Shown one piece after another: positions 1 to 14,383 of a stretch of DNA of 64,000 nt. The first letter of the stretch is position 1. The number at the start of each line of letters is the position of its first letter. Under the pieces are notes generated by a model. The model saw only the letters and a program-made list of their open reading frames with translations. It was not told the DNA's origin and did no database searches. A program made the position numbers and the translations under genes. Origin of the DNA: the human T2T-CHM13v2.0 reference genome, Homo sapiens; NCBI RefSeq assembly GCF_009914755.1, contig NC_060926.1. One strand, 5' to 3'.

Positions 1-150
1 TTAGTGGGGCATGGTGGTGCACACCTGTAATCTCAGCTACTCAGGAAGCTAAGGCAGGAGAATTGCTTGAATTGCTTCAACCTGGGAGGTGGAGGTTGCA
101 GTCTGGGCAACAGATTAAGACTCCGTCTAAAAAAAGAAAAAAAAAAAGAA
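1..150 (+). mobile_element. Alu right arm, cut by window edge
   Basis: cctgtaatctcagctactcaggaagctaaggcaggagaattgcttgaa followed by A tail. Confidence 0.9.
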
Positions 151-312
151 ATGACACACAGAATGAAGACACATAGCAGCTCAACAAGCCTAATATTACA
201 AGAGGACAAGAGATGGAGGGGCTGCCCACAAGGTGTGGTTTCAGAAGTTCAACCTGTTGGCTGCTACTTAGATTTTACTCTCAGTGTCTCCTTCCTCTAG
301 CTTGAGGCTCTG

Positions 313-315
<3 letters not shown>

Positions 316-357
<42 letters not shown>
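316..357. repeat. (TG)n microsatellite
   Basis: Pure TG run of about 21 units. Confidence 0.97.
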
Positions 358-359
<2 letters not shown>

Positions 360-487
360 GCAGGTAAACATTGGGAACCTCAGCTTAGCATCTCAATTCT
401 CAATTTTTTGTCTGTCACTTTGGATGAAAATTGTAGAAGAGACTTACTCCTATCAGAGAATACAGTTTTGTTTAACAAACAAAATAG

Positions 488-694
<207 letters not shown>

Positions 695-819
695 TAAATA
701 GTCATTTAGTCATTAATTCAACAAATATTTATTGAGTACTCAGTGTGAATAATACTAGTTACATTTCACTTGTGTCATTGCTTTATCTGTTTCTATTAAT
801 CATAATTATTTATATATTT

Positions 820-985
820 TTATTACAAATTAACAATTTATAATTGTATATATCTATAGGGTAAAAAGTGATGTTATGATTTATGAATACAATGTGGAAT
901 ACGTAAGCCAAGCTAATTACCATATCCATCACCTCAAATATTTATCATTTTTTGTAGTTAGAACATTTGAAATTTACTGTCTTAA
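820..985 (-). mobile_element. L1M 3' end fragment
   Basis: catatccatcacctcaaatatttatcattt...agaacatttgaaatttact resembles antisense L1MA 3' end. Confidence 0.7.
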
Positions 986-1949
986 TTTTGAATTAATTAT
1001 AATGTTTATAGTTTTACTAAAAAACATGTTTCCAGTCTCATTCTTCTTCACTTCCACTATAGATTTGGTAAGCTTATTAAAAATGTATCCTTGGGTAACA
1101 TTAAAAAGAAAACAAAAACAACCACATAAGCTCAACTCACTCACAAGGCAATTTGAAGAGGGCCCTGGCTTTAATGCTCTATCATTATATCCCTATGGGC
1201 TGTAACAAAGAGGTTATGGACAATTACCAGCACACCTGTTTTCTCTTACAAAGGACGCAAGCAAATAAGAGTCAGGTGAATTCATTTCAGGAGAAACAGT
1301 GAGTTAACTCAGATTTATTAAAAAGTAAATTATTTCAAACTTCGGCACTTTATTATTAGTAACAAGTTAATTTCCACATACCTCACACTCTAATGAGAAT
1401 GTCTGTGTTGGACAGCAACCAGTCATCAACACCTCAGTGTGAATGAGGATCTGAGAGTAGATTGTAAGAGGTGGAATGAGGCACAGAAAACAATGGGTCC
1501 TTGGAGTAGGGAGTGGACAACCAGGGGACAAAATGTCTCTAACTTCCTAATTTTGCACAGGGACCTTGTCTCAGGAGTAACTTCCCTATGTCCTTGTCCT
1601 ACTGGCCTCAAAATCACAGAAACTGAGTTCTTTAAAATTGTGGTTTATATTTTACTGCCGCTAATTGCTATGATTATCGCTACTAATTACCATGATAGAA
1701 AAGGAAAGTCTGCTCTTTCTGAAGCTTTTATACATTGACAGTCATTATAGTCACCACTTACGGTAAATTTTTGAATGCTTTAATTGGTTATAGTGAGGCT
1801 GGGGGTAAATACTGTTACTATGTTTTTAAGATATAAATACATAAAAATAATAATTCCATTAGTACAACAGTCTCAAATGTGCCACAGTATAATTATCAAT
1901 AGCTTTTACCGCTATAACTGCATAACAGGGTACTTTTTCAAGAATGTTC

Positions 1950-2810
1950 TGTAAAGATGATGTATTCCAAATCTGTGTAAAAAATAGATTATTCATTAAA
2001 TGGGGTACCCACTTGAAAAAGAAAATGAAAGTGAATCTCTATCTTGATCCTCATAAAATACATTTCAAACAATGTATGATTTAAAAATAAAATAAATGAA
2101 TCACTTCTAGAAGGTAAACTGAGCAAATATTTTTATAGTCTTGGAGTAACGACATTCTTTTTTAGCTGAAATCCTCAAGGAAGATTGTCAGTTGGGGCTT
2201 TTTTTTTTTTAAGTGGAAATGTCTTCAAAACAAAATACATAAGAAACAAGGTTGCATCAATGCTGGGGAAAATATTGCAATATTTGTGACAGAGGGATAT
2301 GATACGATATACATAAATTTACATATAATGACCACAATAACTTTTACATGTAAGAACAAACAATCCTGCCTGGGCGTGGTAGCACACGCCTGTAATCCCA
2401 GCACTTTGGGAGGCCGAGGTGGGCAGATCACTTGAGGTCAGGAGTTCAAGACCAGCCTGGCTAACATAGTGAAACCCTGTCTCTACAAAAAATACAAAAA
2501 ATTAGCCAGATGTGGTGGCGGGTGCCTGTAATCCCAGCTACTCGGGAGGCTGAGGCAAGAGAATTGCTTGAACCCAGGAGGTGGAGATTGTAGTTAGCTG
2601 AGATGGAGCCACTGCACCCCAGCCCAGGTGATAGAGCAAGACTTTGTCTCAAAAAAATAAAATAAAATAAAGAACAAACAATCCTAAAAATAGGTGGGGG
2701 CGGGTGTAAAAAAAATGACAAACAATCCTAAAAATAAATGGGCAAGGGGCTTGAATAAGGAGTGCACAGAAGTACAATGGTCGCCAAACTATTCAGCACA
2801 GTAAGATGTG
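1950..2810 (+). mobile_element. Old L1M fragment interrupted by Alu
   Basis: Degenerate L1 ORF2/3' motifs (aaaatattgcaatattt...acag; aaaataaatgggcaagg). Confidence 0.5.
2367..2670 (+). mobile_element. AluS
   Basis: Full dimer, A tail, TSD aagaacaaacaatcct. Confidence 0.95.
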
Positions 2811-2819
2811 AGAGCCAGA

Positions 2820-2915
2820 AACACTTTGGAGATGACCAGCCTAACCCACTGCTTTACACAGGAGGAAACAGAGGCTCGGAGATGTTTGGTGATGTGCCTT
2901 ATGTCACCTCACCAG
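2820..2915 (-). mobile_element. MIR fragment
   Basis: tttacacaggaggaaacagaggctcggaga core. Confidence 0.65.
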
Positions 2916-3640
2916 TTGGTGCAGATTTAATTCAACTTCACATTGAAACAGTCTACAGGATCTTTACACATCGAATGTGAGGAAAAGCAGATCTAGTTGC
3001 AGCCCCCACATTCAGACTTCCACATGTCGCCCTTGGAAAGCATCAGGGACAACACCAGGAAAGAAAATGGAGATCCCAAGGCCCCATTTGCACTCTTGGT
3101 TGCAGAACACGTGAGATGTGAGCTCATTTGGCCTGGGCCAGTCACGTAGCAGCTTCAGAGGCTGGGATGTGAGACACTGAGTTAAAAAGACATTCCAGGT
3201 CAGCCACCATTTGTTTGGATGACAGCCTCTAGCCCAGCTCTGCTAAAGGTCACTACCTGCAGGGCAAGGCTTTGCTGACAATGGATGCAAAGACCTGGCC
3301 AGCAGTCCAGGGCTGGACACTGATACAATCTGAATAGAAGTCAAGAGGGAGGCAAAGAAAGCAAAGGATGTGTCATCCTAGTGGCTGCCACTATCACCCA
3401 GGTCAGGGGTTCCCCAAGTCTGGACTGCACACAACTGAGGGCATGGGAAATAATTATTTTAGGTAGCATCCAGATACTTTATATTTAATGGGCTTGTATT
3501 TGTTTTAATGTGTGTAAAAACATAACTGGAACATCAAAATCATGATTTCATATATATGGGGTTTTTTTGGTGGTGTTTTTTGTTTTTTGTTTTGTTTTGT
3601 TTTCTTTATTTTTTTAGGATGAGGCTGCAGTAGGTATTTA

Positions 3641-3982
<342 letters not shown>

Positions 3983-3985
3983 CTA

Positions 3986-4300
3986 GGCCAGGCAAGGTGG
4001 CTCATGCCTGTAACCCCAGCACCTTGGGACGCCAAAGCAGGAGGATGACTTAAGCCCAGGAGTTTGAGACCAGCCTGGGCAACATAGGGAGACCCCATGT
4101 CTACGAAATTAAAAAAAAAAAATTAGCTGTGTGTGGTGGCATGCACCTCTAGTCCCAACTACTCTGGAGGCTGAGGTGGGAGGATCATTTGAGCCCAGGA
4201 GGTCGAGGCTGTAGTGAGTTCAGATCACATCACTACACTCCATCCTGAGCAACACAGCGATACCCTGCCTCAAACAAACAAACAAACAAACAACAAAATA
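3986..4300 (+). mobile_element. AluJ
   Basis: Diverged dimer (gagcccaggaggtcgaggctg), (CAAA)n tail. Confidence 0.92.
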
Positions 4301-4397
4301 AAGCACAACACTAAGCAATTAATGGTGCAGGTGTTATTTGAATACGGTCACAATTGTGAATGAGTTATGCAAATGACTGAAGTTTGGGAAACACTGA

Positions 4398-5288
<891 letters not shown>

Positions 5289-5462
5289 TAAAAGGTCTTT
5301 ATTCATTCTCTTTCTCATCTCCAGTGCTTCAGTCCTGGTCTATGCCCCATCACCTTTCACTTGGACTATATCTTAACTCATCTTGTCACTTCCAATCCAA
5401 TTTTTCCCCTTCAATAAACCCTCCACACTATTGCCAAAAAGATCTTTCAAAAACTCTGATTT

Positions 5463-5750
5463 GGTGGGCATGGTGGCTCACGCCTGTTATCCTAGCACTT
5501 TGGAAGGCCGAGGCAGGCAGATGGCTTCAACACAAGAGTTCAAGACCAGCCTAGGCAACATGGTGAAACCCTGTCTCTACAAAAAATAAAAAAAATTAGC
5601 CAGGCATAGTGGCACATATCTGTAATCCCAGCTACCCGGGAGGCTGAGGTGGGAGGATCGCTTGAGCCCAGGAGTTTGAGGCCACTGAGATCATGCCACT
5701 GCACTACAGACTAGGCAACAGAGCGAGACCCTGTCTCAGTAAAAAAAACA
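5463..5750 (+). mobile_element. AluJ
   Basis: Dimer with TSD aaactctgatttgg. Confidence 0.92.
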
Positions 5751-6129
5751 CAAACTCTGATTTGGCCCTGTCATGCCCCAGGGCACAGGAGAAAGTCCAA
5801 GCTACTCAGTAAGACTTTAAAGGAATTTGGTTGCTGGTGCCTGCTGACCTTCCCATACTCAAATGCTGGCACATCAGGACTTGAAACCCTTCTAGATTCT
5901 CGAATCGAGTGCTCTTCTCAAGACATCATACTGCCTCCTCAAAGACACTCTCCTGGTTGTTCTCATTCCACATGTGATACCTGCAGAGGTGACTCCTGCC
6001 TCTCTGGCACAGGGCATTTTGAGTAAACCCTGTTCTGAAATAAACAGAATGTCACAAAGTAGGTTGGACATGAAGGGTATTGTGTCTTTGAACACATAAT
6101 ATAATCAGTGGAGGTCACAGAATGAACTA

Positions 6130-6474
<345 letters not shown>

Positions 6475-6809
6475 TTATTAGGCAACACTGCACTCACACT
6501 GGAGCCCGCCAATACTGCACAATGATCTGTGCCAGCCCCACTTTGCAATTCTCCCACAAGAAGCCAATGTCTCCAGGGAGCAGACAATGACCCACTGCTT
6601 ATATTTCAGTCTGGATTAGTTCACAACTGAGCTGTCACTTCCAGCGGTCTTCTGTGGGGTTTGATGTGCCCCCTTGCCAAGGACAGCAATGTGAGTCCTG
6701 AGACTTTTGGCCCACTGCTGTCCCAGCGGCCTTGGGCATTTCTGGTACAAAGGGTAAGAGTGTCAGAAACCTGTGAGATTGAAAGGCCTTTAACAGCTTC
6801 TATTAAATG

Positions 6810-6945
6810 TTTGCTTATTCATTTATCTAAAAAATATTTATCCAAAAAATATTTATCCAGCATATACTACATGTCAGGCACTAGACTACGTGTGAAGAGA
6901 TAATGGTGAGCAAGACAGGTGGGGTCTGGCTTTGGTACTCTTGAT
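6810..6945 (-). mobile_element. L2 3' fragment
   Basis: attcattt...atatttatccagcatatactacatgtcaggcact L2 tail signature. Confidence 0.6.
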
Positions 6946-7180
6946 GCTTCTAGTTAGCTTAGGGTTTAAACAAGTGATTTTCATAAATCATGATTCCAGC
7001 TTTGATAAGGGACATATAGAATGGTATGGAAACACAGTGCAAGAACAGCCAAAGCCAGGGGGCTGCGGTAGGAACACTGAGGCCAGGAATTTGAGACTGC
7101 AATGTGCTGTGATCACCCATATGAATAGCCAGTATACTTTAACCTGGGCAACATAGAGAGACTCTTTAAAAAAAAGTTAG

Positions 7181-7470
7181 GGCCGGGCGCGGTGGCTCAC
7201 TCTTGTAATTCTAGCATTTTGGGAGGCCGAGGCGGGCAGATCACTTGAGGTCAGGAGTTCGAGACTAGCCTGGCTAACATACAGGCTGGTCTCTACTAAA
7301 AATACACGTGCCTGTAATCCCAGCTACTTGGGAGGCTGAGGCAGGAGAATCACTTGAACCAAAGAGGCAGAGATTGCAGTGAGCCATGATCGCACTGAGC
7401 CAAGATCGCGCCACTGCACTACAGCCTGGGCGACAGAGCTATACTCTGTCTCAAGAGTGGAAAAAAAAAT
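7181..7470 (+). mobile_element. AluS with internal deletion, preceded by a monomer fragment at about 7075-7175
   Basis: Alu consensus lacking part of linker/right-arm start. Confidence 0.9.
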
Positions 7471-7845
7471 AGGAAAAAATATAATAAAAGAATAGTTAAC
7501 CAAGTGTGGAAGGAGTAAGAGGTGGCTTCCAGGAAGAAATGATTCTTAACCTAAGACCTCAAGGATGGTGTGTAGGAACTAGTCAGAAAAGGATAGCGGC
7601 AGCTATAGCCAGTAGAGGTGCTAGCATGTGCAATGTGCAGAAATTGGCAGCCAGAGAAACAGTTTCAGACTGCATATCTGATTATATCAACCCACACCCT
7701 CATAGTGCACACTTTTTGCTGCCTCTCCAAAAGACCGTTTCCCTCTCCCTCCCTCCTTGCTGGCAGAAAACTCCTTCTATGAGACAGGCTCCCTAGTTCC
7801 TTCTACTAGGCCTTGGGCACATAACCTAATTGTGGCCAGTGAGGC

Positions 7846-8830
7846 TGACATAAATTCTCTGCTTGGCCAAACTCTAGTCAGCCTTCTGAACTTTCTCCTA
7901 GGCCCATCTGTATACTTCCTTGTAAAATCCAGTTTTAGCAAAAACCCCGCTAAGTCAATTTGGCAAGAATATCCCACTCTCAATGTCTGATCGCCTTTAA
8001 TATCTGACTGAGTTCCTCATTCTCCATCATCTTCCAGATGATAACTGATAACCATGGGCTGCCTTCAACAAGAATCCTGTCAGGTCAGTTTAGCCAGAAT
8101 TTCCCCTAACCCACTCGGATGCCTTTCTCTCTCCCTCCCTCCCTCCCTCCCTCCCTTCCTTCCTTCCTCTCTCTCTTTTCTTTCTTTCCTTCTTTCTCTC
8201 TCTCCTTTCTTTCTTTCCTTATTTCTCTCTCTCTTTCTTTTCTTTTCCTTTTTTTTGGTCTTTCTTTCCTCCCTTCTTCCTTCCTTTCTTCCTTTCCTTC
8301 CTTTCTTCCTCCCTTCCTTCCCTTCCTTTCTATTCTCAGGGTCTCACTCTGTTGCCCAGTCAGGAGTGCAGTGACGCGATTGTAGTTTACTGTAACCTTG
8401 AACTTCTGGGCTCAAGCGATCATCCCACCTCAGCCACCTGAGCAGCTGGGACTACAGGCGTGCACCACCATGCCCAGCTAATTTTTTTAGTTTATGTAGA
8501 GATGAAGTCTTGCTACCTTGCCCAGGCCAGTCTTGAACTCCTGGCGTCAAGCCTCCCACCTCAGGCTCTCAAAGTGCTGGGATTACAGGTGATAGCCACT
8601 GTGTCCAGCTTATGTTTTCTCTTAGTAATTTTCCATCCACTGCCCCCCCAACCACAACCCTGCTTCTTAGCTTAAATTCCCAGTGGCCCTTGCTGTCAGA
8701 GTTGAGCTCAATCTCACTTGCACTGGAAAATCCCATTTCAGTAGTCCCTACACCTATGACAATGGTCCTGAATAAAGTCTTCCTTACTGTGCTTTAACCA
8801 GTATCATTAAATAATTTTTTTTTGTTAACA
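7846..8830 (+). mobile_element. ERV1 solo LTR (MER31-like) interrupted by Alu
   Basis: TG...CA ends, ggccaaactctagtcag start motif, aataaa at about 8771. Confidence 0.7.
8125..8610 (-). mobile_element. AluJ with expanded CT-rich tail
   Basis: Antisense Alu 8335-8610 preceded by about 210 bp pyrimidine repeat. Confidence 0.9.
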
Positions 8831-9184
8831 GGGCCTGAGGGCAAGTCTGTTTGGGGGTTTCTGGGAAAGGTTTTCCTCCTTTGTAAAAAGTTGCGAGGAA
8901 AAAAAATTTAACTTTCTTTGGCTAGATGGAGTCATGTCTATACGATACCTGGGACTGAGGCAGCTACTTTGTGGCCATAAGGTAACAAACCTAAGGACAA
9001 GTCCAATAGGCTAAGGATAGTGAAGATAAAAGGATCCTTCATGACAATATTGACCACCCCAAACTACTCTGGAAGCACCTGTCTTTTGCTTTTTGTTATA
9101 TGAGATAATAAATATCCTTATGTTTAAGTCACTTCTAGTTGGGTCTTCTGTTATATGTAGCTAAAAAACCTTCTCACCAATACA
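8831..9184 (+). mobile_element. MaLR LTR (MLT1-type) 3' part; 5' part lies before 7846
   Basis: gcagctactttgtggccataagg...gggtcttctgttatatgtagc...aataca. Confidence 0.6.
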
Positions 9185-9197
9185 GCCCTTAAATAGT

Positions 9198-9645
<448 letters not shown>

Positions 9646-9755
9646 TTATGTATGTATGTATTTATTTATTTTAGTAGACACGGGGTCTCAATATGTGGCC
9701 CAGGCTAGTCTTCAACTCCTGGGCTCAAGCAATCCTTCCACCTTTGGCTTCCCAA
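9646..9755 (-). mobile_element. FLAM/Alu left-arm fragment
   Basis: tagtagacacggggtctc...cctttggcttcccaaa. Confidence 0.8.
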
Positions 9756-10089
9756 ACCCATTATTTTTAGAATGAAGAAGGAATTCTCTTGTGACTCCCA
9801 AGGCCCTACTTGACCCCTGGGAAGTGTGCTCTTCTGTTTTCCCCCGCGCTCTAGCACCACTCGCCTTCTTTCACCTCCCTCTCCCCTGCAAGAAAAAACC
9901 TTTCATACCCGCGGCTCTCTCTGCCAGGAGAACCCTTCCTCCTCCATTCCCCTACCTGGTTCTCAGCACTTTGAGGTGGTTTGTAACGCAGCAAAACTGA
10001 TCCAAAAGTAAAATGAGTTTGTGTTTGTTTTCATCAAGTTAAAAACCAACTCATTTTCCTTTTGTGTATCATCTGCAGGGGAAAAGCAA

Positions 10090-10910
10090 TAATGCGCAGT
10101 TGACCTTCCCCGACCCCGGGCCCAGCGCATTTCTGGGGCATCTCCCAGCATGCTGCTTGTGTCCTGCAGAAAGCTCCGCAGCCTCCTTCTCGCATTAGCC
10201 TGACGGGAAAGTAAATTAGGGCTATTCCACCCCTGCACTCCCTCCCCCGCCCCAGTCCCAGCGAAGCCCGAAGCAAAACCCCAAATCTTGTAGCCCTCTG
10301 CGATTAGCCTGGCCATGCCACTGCTTCTCCCTCCAGGACTGGAAATCTGGGAACTGCTTTCATTAAGGGTGCCCAGCCTTGAGGATTGTGTCCCCGCCCA
10401 GTTTTAGCTAGAAGTTATTCTGGCAAGAGTTCACGGTGTCTGACTCCTTTTATAAAAAGAAGGCTCCCAGGAATCAGAAGCCAGACGGGACAGCGCAGTA
10501 ACGCCCAATGGCCCGGATTACGCAGCCCTCGTTTTCCTCTAGCTGAGGTCACGGAGGAGCTTCTTGCCCCTCTGTGGGTTTCTTCCCTTCCCCGCGCCTT
10601 TCCAGCGCCGGCCAGTTCTCCCCCAGTTCCCTTCCAGCCGTCCCAGGTCCGCTTCCCCTGGGCCCGGAGCCGCCGCGCCATTGAGGACACTCTCCTCGAG
10701 GTGGCAGTAGAGAGCCGTTCACTGCCCAGTCCGCTGACGTCACCTTGTTTACCCGGCTCCGGGTCATTTTTAGATCTAAGATCACAGGATGTTAATTGGG
10801 CCAATGATTTCCCATTCATTTGGGCAAAAGGCCCTCCTACTGGGCGTTCGGACAAGTACGATGTCCTTCTTGATACATATTGCTGCGGGGAGTATTTATT
10901 TGCAAACACT
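10090..10910. promoter_or_regulatory. CpG-rich TATA/GC-box/CCAAT/CRE promoter-like element
   Basis: About 22 CpG in 10481-10760 (hand count); TTTTATAAAA 10448-10457; GC boxes 10245-10253 and 10392-10399; CCAAT 10506-10510 and 10795-10805; TGACGTCA 10735-10742; TTGTTTAC 10745-10752. Confidence 0.75.
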
Positions 10911-13163
10911 TGTAGTTTCATCTTCAGGAGATAAGGGTGCTACCAGTGGCTCCATGCTATGGGCTTTTTAGGGTCACTTGAGTTTTGGAGCCTGAATGAG
11001 GGTGGCATTAACTGGGGAGAGAAGAAAGGGTAGATATTACAGTGGTGTTTGGGGAGGCATCCTTAGAGCCAGCAGAGAGCCTCCAGAGGGAATCTGCCTT
11101 TTTACTTCACCTTCCCTTCCCCTTGTAAAGTAACCACTGCAGTCAGTCAGCAGGAAAGCCTTTGGACTTTGGAACTTGGAGGGAGAAGGAAAGCAGCTGA
11201 TTTGGCCTAATTGTGTCCTGATTAGTCGTGGGAAGACACCTTGTAACTTAGGGGCCAAGAGGCCCCTGCTTTGGATGCTCTCACCCAGGAATTGGGTCTG
11301 AATGCCTCAGAGCCATAAATCACACGTTTCACACACTGGAACTTTTCATCCCAACAGTAGCAAGCACACACTATTTCTTACGGGTCACTCCTAGCTACCC
11401 AGCTGCGGATGAGGAAAGGTGAGGCACACAGCAGCTGAATGACCGAGCTCACTCTCTCATCTCCAGGCCCTGCCTAGTTTTAGCAAAAGTAAAAGCATCA
11501 AAAGCACCGGGACGCCTGCTCTTCCAGCGCCAGGTTTGGTGGGTGGGGAATGGAAGGAGCTGGGAGTTTGTCTCCGACTGTTCCAGAGGCAAAATAAGCA
11601 AATACAAGCAAAAAGGATCAGCTGTGAGATCCTTTACAAGACAGCAGAAGCGTCTTATGCTAAGGAGAAGAAAGAGAAAAGCTATAATGTTAAAAACAAA
11701 TGAGCCTTAGAAGTTTTTAAAGTGCCTGCTCCTTCCTCTCTACCTCCCATTCCACGTTTTTACATGCTGCTGCAGCTGCCATATGAATACCAACTCCCAG
11801 AAAGGGCAAAAGCGCTCTTCCTAGTTTGCAGTCCACTGGAGTGATCAGGCTAGGCTGAAGAGATAGATGGTTTTCATGCAGGCAAGAAGAGAAGGAAAAT
11901 TCGATTCAGTTCAATTCAACAACCATTTCTTGAGCTCCTATTCTGCGTCAACTACTCAGACAGGCAATTTAGCTTATGAAAACATGGAAAGATACCATTC
12001 CTGCCACTGTGGAACTTTGAGTCTTGATGAGTGTATAGACATGGGGAGCTTTTTGTTCCCTTGGTAAAGCACAGGATGAAAGAAGGATGGAGAGAGACAT
12101 TACATTGCAATAGAAAGGGAGAATGCCAAGTGAATGGCTTTGAAAAGCATTTCTCCACTCTGCTGTGGCATCTGCTTAAAAGTAGTGTTGAGGACAGAAC
12201 CTGGAAACAGTGGGAGAGCTGCTTGGCAGAGAACAGGAGTCCCACACTACAGGCACTCGGACCTCTAAGGAGGCTGAGAGAGGCTGAAAGAGAAGAGAGG
12301 AAGCCACTTGCTCAGAGATCAAACTGGACATTGAAGGGCAGGGATTTTGGCAAAAGTTAAGAAGCATCACAGAACCATGCAAGGAAAGTACAGGGGTGTG
12401 GAGCATCCCCTATAGCTGTCCCAGGTGTACGTTCAGGAAAAGCATTTAGACCCAGCCTGAGTTTCTTGCATCTGTGAATAGGAAGAAATACGTGACCAGG
12501 AAGAAATAAGTGCTCCCAGGTCCCCTCGTCACCAATAATATCATCTTTTCAAAGGCCTTTTGTTGAGAACCTGGTGATAATTCAGATCCATCCTAACCAC
12601 AGGGAGGTAGAGAGGAAGGAGCAGGCACTTTAAAAACAAGGAGAAAGCAGACAATGAAAAGTTTTTATTTTTCATGGTTATATGAAATTTTGAAAATATT
12701 TCTGAAGCTCTTAAATTGTTAAATTTAAAACAAATACAGACAACAGCATAAAACAAATATACAGCTTCAAAATGCATAAAGCAAACATTCTAGTAACCTT
12801 GTAACCACCCATGAGAAGAGATAGGACCATGTCAACCACCCCAGCAAGAACTTTTTAAACCATAGTAACTGCTGTAGGCTCCAAGACTGGGCGGATTACT
12901 TCCAGGATGTTATGAAGCCTCCAAGGAAGGAAAGGGCCTTTCAACTATCAATCAGGCAATATGATCAAGTGCATATAATAGTGTCACATACAAAGTGTAG
13001 GACCCTATCCCCACACATTTACCTCAGAGAGGTAAGGAAGGAAGAGGACGAAAGAAGAGAGAAAGGACAGGAAGGAGACAAGGAAGACAAGAAAGGATAC
13101 AGTATTCATGGAGTGCCTGCTATATGCTAAGTGCTTCACCTACGTTCTCTGTCCCTTTTAATT

Positions 13164-13486
<323 letters not shown>

Positions 13487-13509
13487 TGAAGGAGATACAT
13501 GAAACATTA

Positions 13510-13640
13510 ATCCTTACTACAGTTCTGAGGTTAGTGTTGTTAGGCCTACTTTACAGATGAGGACACTGATGCACAGAGAGGTTAAGTAACTTGTGCAGAG
13601 TCACATGGCAAGAATGGGGCAGAGTCGCTCCAGAGCTCCA
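13510..13640 (-). mobile_element. MIR
   Basis: ttacagatgaggacactgatgcacagagaggttaagtaacttg. Confidence 0.8.
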
Positions 13641-13721
13641 GTCTTCCTCCCCACTCTAAATAGTGTTATGTATTAACACTATTAGTTAGTGTTAGTTATG
13701 TTAGTTAGTGTTAGTTAGGTT

Positions 13722-14171
13722 AGTATGCTGGATGCTTCAGTTTGCCTTTCTAAATCGACTCGTGATTCTTTTCTACTCTGCCCTATGCCACTAACGGTAT
13801 CAATGGGCTTGGTTACTCTTTGGCTTCTAGTTGGGTTTAGCCAGTGGGTATCCTAGGTAGGAGATCAGAGGGAGGAAAAGGTGTGGGAGCCCTGGGGGAT
13901 CACCTCTGGGCTGGCTGTATCCTTTGACACATGGTCACAGCTCTTTTCAGGTGCTGCTAAACATGCAGGGCATACTCTACAGGTTCTGGTGACTGCACCA
14001 CTCCTGACCCCTTGAGGCCTAGGGTGGGCAAGTTGCTGTTACTTATTACACTACCCCTGTGGTTTCCCTACATCCTGCCTGCACCTTTGTAAATAGCCCC
14101 TTTATTCAACTCTTCTCAAATTACTCAATTTGAGTGTGCCATCTGTTTCCTGCCCAGGTCTGGCCTGATAT
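13722..14171 (+). mobile_element. ERVL LTR (LTR33-like)
   Basis: 3' end ttgagtgtgccatctgtttcctgccc...tgata. Confidence 0.65.
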
Positions 14172-14296
14172 AAATAGAAAGTCAGGAAAGCAGCAGCCCA
14201 GAGGCCTCCCCGCTAAGTGGGCAGCATTCCTCAAGGGTACAGGACCAGTCACAGGTGAATCAAGACACCCTCTCATGTGAAGGGCTTCAGGACGCG

Positions 14297-14332
14297 CTCT
14301 GTCTCTCTCCCTCTCTCTCTCCCTCTCTCTCG

Positions 14333-14381
<49 letters not shown>
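14297..14381. repeat. Compound (CT)n(GT)n microsatellite
   Basis: Directly visible. Confidence 0.95.

Positions 14382-14383
<2 letters not shown>

Noticed and set aside
6826-6858. 15-bp tandem duplication
   Set aside because: Ordinary slippage within an L2 tail
10386-10934. Overlapping 182-aa (+) and 168-aa (-) ORFs
   Set aside because: Expected in GC-rich DNA; no recognisable domain, and both span the promoter motifs
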